Source: Candidatus Bathyarchaeota archaeon
Lineage (GTDB): Archaea; Thermoproteota; Bathyarchaeia; 40CM-2-53-6
Assembly (NCBI GenBank): GCA_005888635.1
Contig: VBAW01000018.1
Coordinates: 11,391-75,390 of the forward strand
Length of the DNA: 64,000 nucleotides
Direction: 5' to 3'
Shown here: positions 10,144 through 20,043 of the stretch, piece after piece
Position numbering within the stretch: the stretch's first letter is position 1
Layout of the letters: every line of letters begins with the position of its first letter
Notes under the pieces: model-generated
Databases searched by the model: none
Seen by the model: only the letters and a program-made list of their open reading frames with translations
What the model was told of the DNA's origin: nothing
Translations under genes and position numbers: made by a program

Positions 10144-10156
10144 GACTGAGGCCGCG

Positions 10157-10504
10157 TTGGATGACCAGACTTCTATTTACGAAAGTCTGAGAGCTTGGAT
10201 ATTACAAATGCCTAGAGTAAGAGAGGCACCTCATAGAATCGGAGGGGTCGAATTCCAGGTCGATGGCGTCGGATTCATGCACTCCCACGGACCCTCATGG
10301 CTCGACATTCGGCTCTCGAAAGAGGACCAGGCATCAGTACTCAAGACCGGACAGGCTCTTCCTCATCAGGCACAGGTGCACGCCCAAGCCGGATGGGTTA
10401 GCTTCCGAATCGAGATCTCGCAAGATATTGCGAACGCAAAGAAGGTCATACATCTTGCCTACAAGAACGCAAGGAAGAATCCGGGGGATCTCGAGTCTAG
10501 ATGA
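10157..10504 (+). CDS. DUF5519/luciferase-family small protein
   Basis: PHRIGGVEF...HSHG...LDIRL...PH...GWVSFRI pattern. Confidence 0.75.
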   Translation: MDDQTSIYESLRAWILQMPRVREAPHRIGGVEFQVDGVGFMHSHGPSWLDIRLSKEDQASVLKTGQALPHQAQVHAQAGWVSFRIEISQDIANAKKVIHLAYKNARKNPGDLESR

Positions 10505-10606
10505 AACCAAGAAGGTCTCGTGGAGATTACTGTAGTGAAATATCTTCTCAAGGCCAACTGATTCAAAAGCCCGGAGTTTCGCGACCTTGGCGAGTTAGAC
10601 TTTGAA

Positions 10607-10759
10607 TTGAAAGCCATTCCTCCTACCTATGCTCCGCCTCGTCCGTCGCCAGGCGGAAAACCGCTTACCAACCGCCAGAAGGTAACGCTAGTAGCTACGA
10701 TCCTAATCACAATCTGGATCGTCATATTGTTAGGATTATTCTTACAACATCGTCTCTAG
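10607..10759 (+). CDS. 50-aa single-TM microprotein below the ORF-track cutoff
   Basis: TTG...TAG, MKAIPPTYAPPRPSPGGKPLTNRQKVTLVATILITIWIVILLGLFLQHRL. Confidence 0.55.
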   Translation: MKAIPPTYAPPRPSPGGKPLTNRQKVTLVATILITIWIVILLGLFLQHRL

Positions 10760-10849
10760 CCTCGATCTCGCACGAGGAAATGAGGTCCCCTCAGAAGATG
10801 AACTTCACCGAGCAAATTTGAGACGGGGCAGAGCTTTGTGAGCGGCCCT

Positions 10850-11425
10850 CTAGCTTCGGCTTGATGTCTTCTTGGTCCCCGGAGCCTCTCTTGTCGGCTC
10901 TTCGGGGAAGAAATCCTTGGGCATACCTGACATTACATCGGCGAACGAGTCTCTTCCAGGTCCCGGAATCCCTGGATTGTGAGTTCTGATTCTGTTGAAG
11001 AGGTCGTCTATCTTATCGCCTATCTTGCTCTTCTCCTTGATCGTCTCATCAAGCTCCTGGCCATCACTCTCCAACCGTTGCAGTCTAGCGGCCAAGCCTT
11101 CGATTCCTTTCGAGACTTCCAGCATTCCGTTGACGGTTGCGAGAGATGACTTCAAGGTGGAGAGTTCTTTCTGGAGGGCTTCTCGATAGCTGCGTAGTCT
11201 GTCGAGTATGGGCTGGTAGAGTCTCAGGAAATCGGTCATGAGATTCTCAAACTGTCTTATCGCGAGTGTGTATCTTTCTTCCTTCTTTTTCTCTGCAAAC
11301 CCTTTCGCTGTCTGAATGAGTTTCTCGCGGAGAGTTACTCTCTCTATTACGTCGTCAAGAACTTCTCGTATGTTGTATGATTCGTCGAACATCGTTTCGC
11401 GCATTAGGAACCGAATAACCCGCAT
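10850..11425 (-). CDS. Hypothetical coiled-coil protein
   Basis: Long E/K/L heptad-like helices, disordered tail; true start may be a downstream ATG (MFDESY). Confidence 0.7.
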   Translation of the reverse strand: MRVIRFLMRETMFDESYNIREVLDDVIERVTLREKLIQTAKGFAEKKKEERYTLAIRQFENLMTDFLRLYQPILDRLRSYREALQKELSTLKSSLATVNGMLEVSKGIEGLAARLQRLESDGQELDETIKEKSKIGDKIDDLFNRIRTHNPGIPGPGRDSFADVMSGMPKDFFPEEPTREAPGTKKTSSRS

Positions 11426-11587
11426 TCGAGCGGGAGCATTAAGAAATCCGTCACCAACGATTCAGTAAAGAAGTAATCCTGGTTCCGATCGGCCCTTAGT
11501 GACGCTTGATTCTCATTCAATGAGGGGAAGAAAAGTATAGCGAGTATTTATTAGACAGATTTCTCGCCCGCCCCGCACGTGCAGAAT

Positions 11588-11980
11588 ATGCATCACACTA
11601 GGGTCGTACACTTTGAGATACCGGCCGACAACGAGGAACGCGCAAAGAGCTTCTACCAGAAAGCCTTCGGATGGGACATCAGCAAGTACCCCGGAATGGA
11701 GTACCACATGGTTGGGACCACAGAGATGGACCAGAAGACCCAGATGCCCACGAAACCAGGAGCCATCAACGGCGGACTAACAAAGCGCAACAACGAAGTC
11801 AAGAACACTGTCATCACAGTCGACGTCCCGGACATCGAGGCTGCATTGAAGAACATAGAGAAACTAGGCGGCAAGACCGTCCGGAAGAAAGAGCCGGTTG
11901 CCGACATGGGCTTCACGGCCTACTTCAAGGACACCGAAGGTAACATCGTAGGTCTCTGGCAGAGCGCCCGCCGAATGTAA
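11588..11980 (+). CDS. VOC/glyoxalase family protein
   Basis: VVHFEIPAD...FYQKAFGW...GAINGG...YFKDTEGNIVGLW. Confidence 0.9.
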   Translation: MHHTRVVHFEIPADNEERAKSFYQKAFGWDISKYPGMEYHMVGTTEMDQKTQMPTKPGAINGGLTKRNNEVKNTVITVDVPDIEAALKNIEKLGGKTVRKKEPVADMGFTAYFKDTEGNIVGLWQSARRM

Positions 11981-12086
11981 GAAACGTTCCACGCGTCGGA
12001 CCGGACCCTTCTTTTTCAAACTGTTTGAGCGAACTACCGCCCATTTTCTAGCTCATTTCGAAACTTGATGTGGAAACTCATGGGCG

Positions 12087-13100
12087 CTATCTTAGTCCTG
12101 CGGACGAGAGCAAATAGTACATCACTCCGGCTATCAAAGCGGCAGCGGGTATCGTCAGGACCCATGCATAGACGATTCGTCTAGCAACGCCCCATCTTAC
12201 CGCGGACAAACGGCGTGTGGAACCCACTCCCATTATCGCGCCAGCGATAGTGTGCGTCGTGCTTACCGGTATTCCGAGTGATGCGGTTGCGAAAAGGGTC
12301 GTGGCAGCAGCGGTCTCTGCGCTGAATCCCCCGAAGGGTTGTAGTTTTGTTATTTTCATGCCCATGGTTCGAACTATTCTCCAGCCTCCAAAGTATGTTC
12401 CGAGGCCCATGGCTGTTCCAGCCATCAGGATAACGTAGAACGGGACGAAGAAGACCGCTCCGAGCAACCCTTGTGCGAACAGAAGAGCGGTGATTATTCC
12501 CATCGTCTTCTGAGCATCGTTAGTCCCGTGGCCAAGACTGTAGAGTGCTGCTGATACTAGTTGTAGTCGACGGAAAGCGTGGTCGGCTGTTGAACGCGAG
12601 AACTTGGCGCCGATTCTGCTCGTCAACAGGATGAGACCAATAGCGAGTAGTAATCCTATCAATGGTGAGAGCGCGATAAAGAGAATTATCTTACTTACAC
12701 CTGCGACTTGGACAACTCCCCATCCGCCTTTGACCACGCCCGCCCCGATCAGTCCACCTACCAAAGCATGTGATGAGCTGGTGGGCAGACCGAACCACCA
12801 AGTTATGATATCCCACGTGATCGCCCCGATTAGAGTCGAGAGGAGAAGCCAAGCGGTCACGATCGCCGGGTCTATCGTTCCCTTTCCGATAGTGGACGCG
12901 ACGTTTACGCCGAATACAAAGGCTGCTACAAAGTTGAAGAAGGCAGCCCATAGAACCGCTATCCGCGGCGACAGGACCCGAGTAGACACAATAGTGGCTA
13001 CTGAGTTGGCCGCGTCATGGAAGCCATTCAAGAAGTCAAAGAATAACGCGACGAGAATTACAAGGATGACTATCCCGACTGGGACGATGACCGTTGCCAT
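12087..13100 (-). CDS. pit: Inorganic phosphate transporter, PiT family
   Basis: NGFHDAANS, GLPTSSSHAL, HGTNDAQK, PVSTTH signatures. Confidence 0.95.
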   Translation of the reverse strand: MATVIVPVGIVILVILVALFFDFLNGFHDAANSVATIVSTRVLSPRIAVLWAAFFNFVAAFVFGVNVASTIGKGTIDPAIVTAWLLLSTLIGAITWDIITWWFGLPTSSSHALVGGLIGAGVVKGGWGVVQVAGVSKIILFIALSPLIGLLLAIGLILLTSRIGAKFSRSTADHAFRRLQLVSAALYSLGHGTNDAQKTMGIITALLFAQGLLGAVFFVPFYVILMAGTAMGLGTYFGGWRIVRTMGMKITKLQPFGGFSAETAAATTLFATASLGIPVSTTHTIAGAIMGVGSTRRLSAVRWGVARRIVYAWVLTIPAAALIAGVMYYLLSSAGLR

Positions 13101-13112
13101 GGAGCTCCTGAC

Positions 13113-13739
13113 CTAAGAGTATTCGAGAATGATGTCTCGAATCACTTGGACGACATCCTCACACTTGTCCGTAATGGTCTCCATCAACTCGTAAATTTCC
13201 TTGAGTTTGATTATTGAAATTGCATCATTCGTCTTGAATAGGTCTGCGACAGCTTCGTTGAGAACAACATCAGCTTCGTTTTCCAACCGGTCAACCTCGA
13301 TGATCCGACTCTCGATTTCGGGTGCCTTGATTTTGTGAATACTTGCAAACGCAAAATCGATCTCTTGAACAGACTTAACCACGAGTTCGGTGAATCTCCT
13401 CATAGGCTCAGTGGGAGAGCTGATCTCGTAAAGATAGAGGCGGTTTACGGCTGCGTAGATGTAGTCTAAGACATCATCGTAAAGGGATGCTAGTTTGCTG
13501 ATGTCTTCCCGATCGATGGGCGTGATGAAGGTCTTAATGAGACGGTCGTAGATTGAGTGGACGATGTTATCGCCCTGATGTTCGATATCCTTGATCTTGT
13601 CTCGTTTATCGGCCAGTTGGTCGAAATTCTGCACGAGGTCGTTGAAAGCAAGAGCGCCCGCGAGAACGTTCTTGGACTCTTGCTCTAGTAGTTGAAAGAA
13701 TATCCTCTCTTGAGGAATTAGGAGTTCCCTAAGACCCAA
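13113..13739 (-). CDS. DUF47 PhoU-like phosphate transport regulator
   Basis: IEHQGD, FITPIDREDI, LENEAD, ETITDKCED; directly upstream of pit. Confidence 0.9.
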   Translation of the reverse strand: MGLRELLIPQERIFFQLLEQESKNVLAGALAFNDLVQNFDQLADKRDKIKDIEHQGDNIVHSIYDRLIKTFITPIDREDISKLASLYDDVLDYIYAAVNRLYLYEISSPTEPMRRFTELVVKSVQEIDFAFASIHKIKAPEIESRIIEVDRLENEADVVLNEAVADLFKTNDAISIIKLKEIYELMETITDKCEDVVQVIRDIILEYS

Positions 13740-13802
13740 CGGAAATCGATCGGTGCATCATTTGCTCAAACATAAACCGTTCCGTCCCGTCAATCAAGCT
13801 GT

Positions 13803-14855
13803 TCAGTTCAGGGGTTTTCCCTTTATTCTGATTCCCGGTCTCTTTTCAACGCGTCCGATTCGTGTCGCGCCTTGTCGGTGCTTGCGGAATGCATGAATTA
13901 CCCGTTCCGATTGAGTCTCCGGGCAGATTACTATCAAGCCTACGCCCATATTGAATGTCCGGTACATTTCCGGGTCCTGTATACGTCCGGCTCGTTTTAT
14001 GAGGTGGAATATTTCCGGTGGCTTCGGTAATTCGTCAAGTTCTGCCCCCCGTCCTGCCTGTCCGATCACCCTTTCCAACTTCAAGAAGGCTCCTCCACCC
14101 GTGATGTGAGCGAGGCCATGAACCTCCGCTTTTTCCATTAGTTCCTTCACGGCCTTTACGTAGATTCTTGTAGGCTCTAGAAGTTCCTTGCCCAGGCTTC
14201 TACCGATCCCCGGCGGCGTCTCGTTGAGCCTGTATTTCTCTAAGAGTATTTTCCTTGCTAGGCTAAATCCGTTTGAATGGATTCCCGAACTGGCAGCTCC
14301 GATTATGATGTCGTCTTCTCGGACCCTATCGCCGAGAATCAGGCTTTTCTTCTTGCAAATTCCCGCCGCGAATCCGACCAGATCGAACCCTCCGTTCTCT
14401 GCTAGCAGTTCTGGAACGATGGCTGTCTCTCCCCCGACAATCGCCATCCCCGCCTCCTTTGCACCTTTCACGAGGCCGATCGCGACCTCATTCACGATCG
14501 CGCGGTCAGGTTTGTTCATGGCCATGTAGTCGAGGAAGCTGATGGGCTCCGTGCCCGTGCAGATCAGATCGTTTGCGCACATCGCGACACAATCAATCCC
14601 GATTGTGTCATACTTTTTCATCATCTGAGCAATGAGGACCTTCGTCCCGACACTATCAGTGTGGAGGCTCAACACCTTCCCTTGACCAAGGTCGACAAGA
14701 CCCGCGTAATGTCCAATCGGAAAGATCGGCCATCCAACCTTGCCTTTTCGCGTCGCAAAAGTCGACTCTAGTCTACGAGCCAACAGCTTGTGAGTTTCGT
14801 GGATGTGCCTCGCGTCGACCCCTGCCTTAGCATAGGTCATGCGAGGCTGAGGCAA
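13803..14855 (-). CDS. purM: AIR synthetase
   Basis: TYAKAGVD, TDSVGTK, GGETA, SSGIHSNGFSL, HITGGG, TFNMGVG. Confidence 0.97.
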   Translation of the reverse strand: MPQPRMTYAKAGVDARHIHETHKLLARRLESTFATRKGKVGWPIFPIGHYAGLVDLGQGKVLSLHTDSVGTKVLIAQMMKKYDTIGIDCVAMCANDLICTGTEPISFLDYMAMNKPDRAIVNEVAIGLVKGAKEAGMAIVGGETAIVPELLAENGGFDLVGFAAGICKKKSLILGDRVREDDIIIGAASSGIHSNGFSLARKILLEKYRLNETPPGIGRSLGKELLEPTRIYVKAVKELMEKAEVHGLAHITGGGAFLKLERVIGQAGRGAELDELPKPPEIFHLIKRAGRIQDPEMYRTFNMGVGLIVICPETQSERVIHAFRKHRQGATRIGRVEKRPGIRIKGKPLN

Positions 14856-14856
14856 T

Positions 14857-15708
14857 CTACAGCTTCAGTCCAGTCAAACGCTCATACGCGATAATGTACC
14901 GCCGACTCGTCTCTTGGATAAGATCTGCCGGAAGGTCCGGTGGACGAGGCGTGTGTCTTCCCTCTCTTCTCGCCTCGTCAAGGGTCTTCTTGTAGCCGAC
15001 CTTTCCAAGCCAGTCCCGGATCGGCTGCTTGTCATAACTCTCCTGCGTCTTCCCAGGCGAGTAGTCCGCCCTTGGCCATAATCTGAACTCGTCAGGTCCA
15101 ATCGAATCTGCCAGCACAATGTTCTCTTGCTTGTCGAAGCCGAATTCGAGTTTGAGATCAGCAAGTATGAATCCAGCATTCTCAGCTCTCAGAGACATCT
15201 TGTTGTAAATCTCGACCGTCTTCTTCCTAACTGCATCCAACTGTGCCGGGTCCAACCAGCCCTCTTCCTCAATCTGCTCCATCGTCACAGGCTCGTCTTT
15301 CACATCAGACTTTGTCGTAGGGTCAAAATATGGTTCAGGAAGTTTCGCTGCCAAGATTGGTTCTACAGGAATCGAGATTTCGCTTTTCGTCAATCTCTCG
15401 TAGAGGCTTCCGTAAAGATAACCACGGACCACAGCCTCCACAGGAATCATCTTCAGCTTTCTAACAACCATCCGATTCGTATCTTCGAGCCGGACCATGT
15501 GGTGTGGCGTGTTGAGATTGTTGAACCAGAACGCTGCTAGCTTAGCTAGAACTTCGCCCTTTCTTGGAATAGTTGATGGCAGGACCACGTCATAGGCTGA
15601 GACTCTGTCGGTGAAGATGAAGAGCAGTTGGTCATGTCCTATCTCGTAGACGTCTTTGACTTTTCCCCGTTTGAACGGAGTTGATAGATTCTCCATGGAC
15701 TCTAACAT
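14857..15708 (-). CDS. purC: SAICAR synthetase
   Basis: GKVKDVY, TDRVSAYD, PVEAVVRGY, ADLKLEFG, YDKQ. Confidence 0.95.
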   Translation of the reverse strand: MLESMENLSTPFKRGKVKDVYEIGHDQLLFIFTDRVSAYDVVLPSTIPRKGEVLAKLAAFWFNNLNTPHHMVRLEDTNRMVVRKLKMIPVEAVVRGYLYGSLYERLTKSEISIPVEPILAAKLPEPYFDPTTKSDVKDEPVTMEQIEEEGWLDPAQLDAVRKKTVEIYNKMSLRAENAGFILADLKLEFGFDKQENIVLADSIGPDEFRLWPRADYSPGKTQESYDKQPIRDWLGKVGYKKTLDEARREGRHTPRPPDLPADLIQETSRRYIIAYERLTGLKL

Positions 15709-15709
15709 C

Positions 15710-16144
15710 TTACAGCTGTCCGCTACGATACTGTGTGAGCTTCTTGGAGACTCCCACATCCGACAGGGCCAGGATCTCTGCAGCTAGCAGTCCAGCGTTT
15801 GTGCCGTTGTCGAGGCCAACCGTCCCAACGGGGACCCCTGAGGGTAACTGGACGATCGCAAGGATTGAGTCGAGGTTCAGCCTTCCCGAAACCGGGACCC
15901 CAATAACAGGTTTCAACGATAGTGATGCGACGAAGCCCGGGAGGGCCGCTGAGAGACCTGCGATCGTGATGAACACATCCGCCTTCGACGTCTCAACATA
16001 CTTGTCAAGTTCCTTGTGATTCCGATGACTAGACAGGACCTTCGTCTCATAGGGTACTCCGAGTTTACCCAGGATGGTCTCGGCTTTCTTTGCGATCTCT
16101 CGGTCGCTCTCGGATCCCATTAGAATGCTGACGCTTTTTGTCAA
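15710..16144 (-). CDS. purE: AIR carboxylase / N5-CAIR mutase
   Basis: MGSESD, SSHR, AGLSAALPG, PVIGVP, PSGVPVGTV; TTGA overlap with the upstream stop. Confidence 0.95.
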   Translation of the reverse strand: MTKSVSILMGSESDREIAKKAETILGKLGVPYETKVLSSHRNHKELDKYVETSKADVFITIAGLSAALPGFVASLSLKPVIGVPVSGRLNLDSILAIVQLPSGVPVGTVGLDNGTNAGLLAAEILALSDVGVSKKLTQYRSGQL

Positions 16145-16737
16145 TGGCGACACCGTATCACGCGGGACTCCGTGACGACCATGTCTACTGGTACATCAAA
16201 TTGATCCCTAGGCACCTTGCCGATGAGTTGTATGTTGAAAGCCAGACCGGCCGAGCGGACGTGTTGGGGCAGGTTCTTGATGACTCGGTCAAAGTATCCC
16301 CGTCCCCAGCCCAATCGGTAGCCTTCACGGTCCCAGACGATGCCTGGAACAAAGATCACGTCCACAGTATCAAGGCTGACCGGATGAACGTTCTCAGGTT
16401 TAGGCTCAAGAATGCCGAACGTGCCGGGAGCCAGTTCGCTTCCCAAGTCTTTGATCTCGCTGAAGAACAGTTCGATGTCTCCCTTCTTCACGACTGGAAT
16501 GAGGACGCGTTTTTCTTGGTCAAGAGCCGCTCGGATCAGGGGTCTAGTGTTGACCTCGCTGTCTTTGTTAACGTAGCACGCTATTCCTCTCGCTCGAACA
16601 TATTCGTGTAGATGCAGTACTTGATCGATAATGTCTTGGCTCTTCTGCTCGATCTCTCCAACTGACTGGCGATCTCTCAAGCGAAGCATGTACCGTCTGA
16701 GATTCTCCTTCTCGACGGCAATCTGAGCTTCGGTCAA
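16141..16737 (-). CDS. 5-formyltetrahydrofolate cyclo-ligase
   Basis: SEVNT, FGILEP, VPGIVWDREGYRLGWGRGYFDR, DVPVDMVVTE. Confidence 0.93.
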   Translation of the reverse strand: MTEAQIAVEKENLRRYMLRLRDRQSVGEIEQKSQDIIDQVLHLHEYVRARGIACYVNKDSEVNTRPLIRAALDQEKRVLIPVVKKGDIELFFSEIKDLGSELAPGTFGILEPKPENVHPVSLDTVDVIFVPGIVWDREGYRLGWGRGYFDRVIKNLPQHVRSAGLAFNIQLIGKVPRDQFDVPVDMVVTESRVIRCRH

Positions 16738-16798
16738 GCCATCACACTGGCTCCTTCAATCATGAGACAACAAAATGGGGGAATGGTTCCGCGTATGA

Positions 16799-17698
16799 TC
16801 ATGCCCGTTGCATCTGAAGATACTCGCTCTCAATCTTGCCGCCTGACTTGATGTACAGTAAGGCTCCCGGGGCTAGAGATTCAAGATACGAGAAGGTGTA
16901 CACCGTCATCTTGTCCTGGCCTAACTTCTTCGCCCAACTTGAGGCTTGGCTCATCATGGTTAGGCCGTATCCTCGGCCTCGATGTTTGGGAACGACAAAT
17001 GTTCCCCGAAACCGGGCGTCTCCAGTTTTGTAATAGTCGGGGATTAGTCCGGTTAGTCCAACGACCTCTTTTCCTACGGATCCGGAGAGCCATCGTTCGC
17101 CCTTTTTGATTCCTTCCTGGAATTTCTGGCCGACAGCGTCTTCGCCTCCCTGTTCCTCGGTTCGCCAGTCCCAGTATGGACGGATAGATTCGACAAGAAC
17201 CTTGGCGATTTCTGGAGCTGTCTTCTCAGTGACTTCCCTGACCTCAACTTGCTTGGTAGGCGATTCAGGGGTCTTTGTTAGGTCCCATGTTATCCTGAAA
17301 TCTCTTCGAATGGGTTTGAATGCGAAGCTCTTGTAAACATCGACGTAGGGCTGCATCGAGGGTGTTGTGGCTCTGAGGAACTCGGGCTTCTTTGTCTCGA
17401 CATACTGTAGGGCTCTGCTGAGCAGTTTTTCCACAGCATAGACCCGGGATTGGGGGCGCTTGGCCGCGAGGTATCTTATGACCAGCCAGTTCTTCCGGGG
17501 AAGATTTGTGACTGCCACGCAGCCGACAATGGATCCTTTGTCTTCAGCGACGAAACAACCAGTTGGGTCAAAAGCGCTGGACGATAGTACATTCTTCGTG
17601 CCGGGAAGCTCGATAAAGCCCGAAGTCCATTCTTGCAGGTTCTTCGGTAACGTTCCAAGCTCTTCTGGCTCTGCATTCCTCACAATTGATTGAGGCAG
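16799..17698 (-). CDS. Tandem GNAT-family acetyltransferase
   Basis: Two GNAT folds, VVPKHRGRGYG acetyl-CoA loop; start probably CTG 17698 or GTG 17683. Confidence 0.8.
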   Translation of the reverse strand: MPQSIVRNAEPEELGTLPKNLQEWTSGFIELPGTKNVLSSSAFDPTGCFVAEDKGSIVGCVAVTNLPRKNWLVIRYLAAKRPQSRVYAVEKLLSRALQYVETKKPEFLRATTPSMQPYVDVYKSFAFKPIRRDFRITWDLTKTPESPTKQVEVREVTEKTAPEIAKVLVESIRPYWDWRTEEQGGEDAVGQKFQEGIKKGERWLSGSVGKEVVGLTGLIPDYYKTGDARFRGTFVVPKHRGRGYGLTMMSQASSWAKKLGQDKMTVYTFSYLESLAPGALLYIKSGGKIESEYLQMQRA

Positions 17699-17714
17699 AC
17701 TCTTCTTCCCTCTA

Positions 17715-18569
17715 TCATCCTCTCGTTTGGATGCTGGCCGCTTGGACCGTGTTCTCAACCAAGCACGCAACGGTCATGGGCCCTACCCCACCAGGGACGG
17801 GGGTAATGAACCCCGCTAGTTTGCTAACAGCTTCGAAATCCACGTCGCCCCGGAGTTTCCCCTCGACTCGCGTCAGACCCACGTCAACAACAGCCGCTTT
17901 GGGCTTGACGTGTTCTGGTTTGATCTGGAAGTTCTCTCGTCCCACAGCGCTGACAAGGATGTCAGCAGTCTTTGTTATCTGGGCGAGATTAGGCGTCTTT
18001 GAATGGGATATCGTTATGGTCGCGTCCCTGTTGAGAAATAGGTTTGCGAGCGGCCTGCCGACCAGTGTGGTTCGATTGATGATGACTGCCCGCTGCCCGG
18101 CAATAGGGACTTTGTAATGGGACAATAGTTTGATGATTCCTTTAGGAGTGCATGGTACGAGTTCTTCCTTGCCAGCTGCCAGCTTTCCCTGGTTGATCGG
18201 GTGGAGTCCGTCCACGTCCTTGTAGGGAATTATTCTCTCAATGATTCTATCCTCATCAAAGCCGCGTGGGAGGGGAAGCTGGACAAGGATCCCGTGGACT
18301 CTAGGATTCGTGTTCAGCTGGCCGAGCAGAGCCTCAACCTTGTCTTGAGGCGTGTTGGCTGGCAGATGATGGTTCTCGGACTGGATCCCAACTTCTTCGG
18401 CGGCCTTGTGTTTTCCCCTGAGATAGCTAGAGCTGGCAGGGTCGTCGCCGACCTGAATGGTCGCGAGGAACGGCTTGATACCTCGTTTCGCTAGCTGTCC
18501 AACTTGGAGTGCGACCTGTTTCTTGATCTCAGAGGCAATCAGCCTACCATCTAAAATTACCGCAGTCAA
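17715..18569 (-). CDS. folD: Methylene-THF dehydrogenase/cyclohydrolase
   Basis: GILVQLPLP, KDVDG, PCTPKG, DVG, TPVPGGVGPMT. Confidence 0.97.
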   Translation of the reverse strand: MTAVILDGRLIASEIKKQVALQVGQLAKRGIKPFLATIQVGDDPASSSYLRGKHKAAEEVGIQSENHHLPANTPQDKVEALLGQLNTNPRVHGILVQLPLPRGFDEDRIIERIIPYKDVDGLHPINQGKLAAGKEELVPCTPKGIIKLLSHYKVPIAGQRAVIINRTTLVGRPLANLFLNRDATITISHSKTPNLAQITKTADILVSAVGRENFQIKPEHVKPKAAVVDVGLTRVEGKLRGDVDFEAVSKLAGFITPVPGGVGPMTVACLVENTVQAASIQTRG

Positions 18570-19189
18570 GTTTTGAGCACGACTCTCCGCCCTTCGATCT
18601 TCAACTGATCCTCAGTGAAGAGCCGGATCGCTTCTGGGTAGAGCCGATGCTCTTGGCGCAGGATTCTTTCTGATAGAGTCTCAACCGTATCATCGTCTCT
18701 GACTGGGACATGGGCTTGGAGGATTATTGGCCCTGCATCCACCTCCTTTGCGACGAAATGGACAGTGGCCCCCGAGACCTTCACCCCAAGCTCCAACGCG
18801 CGTTTCTGCGCTTCGAGGCCGGGGAACCCGGGAAGCAGCGCCGGATGCACGTTCATGATTCTGTTATGATAATGATCGACGAATTGTGGGCTGAGGATGC
18901 GAAAGTAGCCTGCAAGAGCGATGAGACCGTCTTTGGGAGTAACACCATGAGCTTCCAAAGTGGCGATAGTCTTCCGATCATACTCAGTGTCCATCTTTGG
19001 CAGTCCCTTATCGTCGAGGATTGCCGTCGGCACGTTATGTTTCCGGGCTATCTCAAGCGCTCCGACGCTTGGCTTGTTGCTGACGACAACACTCACCCGG
19101 CCCTTCGTGATGTACTTTCTATCAACGGCATCCAAGATCGATTCTAGATTCGAGCCGCGCCCCGAGACTAGGACGCCGATAGGAACCAA
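18566..19189 (-). CDS. purN: GAR transformylase (folate-dependent)
   Basis: SGRGSNL, LAGYFRIL, NVHPALLP, GATVHFV, DAGPII, EHRLYP. Confidence 0.97.
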   Translation of the reverse strand: MVPIGVLVSGRGSNLESILDAVDRKYITKGRVSVVVSNKPSVGALEIARKHNVPTAILDDKGLPKMDTEYDRKTIATLEAHGVTPKDGLIALAGYFRILSPQFVDHYHNRIMNVHPALLPGFPGLEAQKRALELGVKVSGATVHFVAKEVDAGPIILQAHVPVRDDDTVETLSERILRQEHRLYPEAIRLFTEDQLKIEGRRVVLKT

Positions 19190-19191
19190 GA

Positions 19192-20025
19192 CTATCTCCC
19201 GGATCCCGTCCGGCTCTTTCTAAGATATGCGGTCATTTGGCGACGAGTATCTAATGTGATGTCGAAAGCGATGATTCGAATAGACGCGAATCCAAGAAAC
19301 CTCCTCGCATCTCTCTTGAGTATCACGTGGTCCTTCCTAACTCCAATTCCCTTGTAAGTCCTGATGGCTGACTTGATAACTGGTTTCCAGCGCGATGGGA
19401 GTCTCTTCAAAGCCCACCTCGCCGCTCCCAACTTCGACACGACGATACCTCCGTTCTTGAAATCGTAGATGAGCCTGCAGAGATTGAGGACCGACCACCA
19501 GGGATCACTGTCAATGATCTTTCTCGCATAAGCTAGTTGTCGATAGAGTTCGCTTCTGATTTCCGGCCATTTTGCTGGTGAGAAGATTCTGCTAGCTCTT
19601 GGGCCGTAGAGTCGAATGTATGCCGAACGAGCGAAATGTTCTCCGTGGATAGCCCATGCATTGTCGGAGCCTCCACGATGAATCCTGCCGTGAGCTCCGT
19701 AGACAAGACTTTTCGGGCTCTCCCGCCTTCGAGCCGAAGCATTGGGAATGTAGAATCCGTCCAGTTTACTTCCGAACTCGAACCTGGCGGCCAAAGCTCG
19801 ATGTAGCCGATCTAAGCTCTTGATCTCTTTCGCATTGAGAGTTCGTCGAATTACAACGTAGAAGTCTATGTCTCCAGCTCTGGGCTCGAATTCTGGAAAA
19901 GCTATGGAACCGTGCAGGTATGCTCCCGCGAGGTTGTTGCCAAGATTCGTCAGTAGCCCCTCTCGATAACTCTCGACGAGGTGCTTGATGTCTGGTGGGA
20001 GACTGTTGAGTCGGGAAGTCGAGAG
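19192..20025 (-). CDS. Aminoglycoside adenylyltransferase-like nucleotidyltransferase (NTase plus DUF4111-like domain); start codon unresolved
   Basis: Frame extends 77 codons upstream of the ORF-track start and contains GAYLHGSIAFPEFEPRAGDIDFYVV; C-terminal VLNLCRL...SKLGAARWAL. Confidence 0.75.
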   Translation of the reverse strand, partial: LSTSRLNSLPPDIKHLVESYREGLLTNLGNNLAGAYLHGSIAFPEFEPRAGDIDFYVVIRRTLNAKEIKSLDRLHRALAARFEFGSKLDGFYIPNASARRRESPKSLVYGAHGRIHRGGSDNAWAIHGEHFARSAYIRLYGPRASRIFSPAKWPEIRSELYRQLAYARKIIDSDPWWSVLNLCRLIYDFKNGGIVVSKLGAARWALKRLPSRWKPVIKSAIRTYKGIGVRKDHVILKRDARRFLGFASIRIIAFDITLDTRRQMTAYLRKSRTGSGR

Positions 20026-20043
20026 TCAGCACTCCATTCCATT

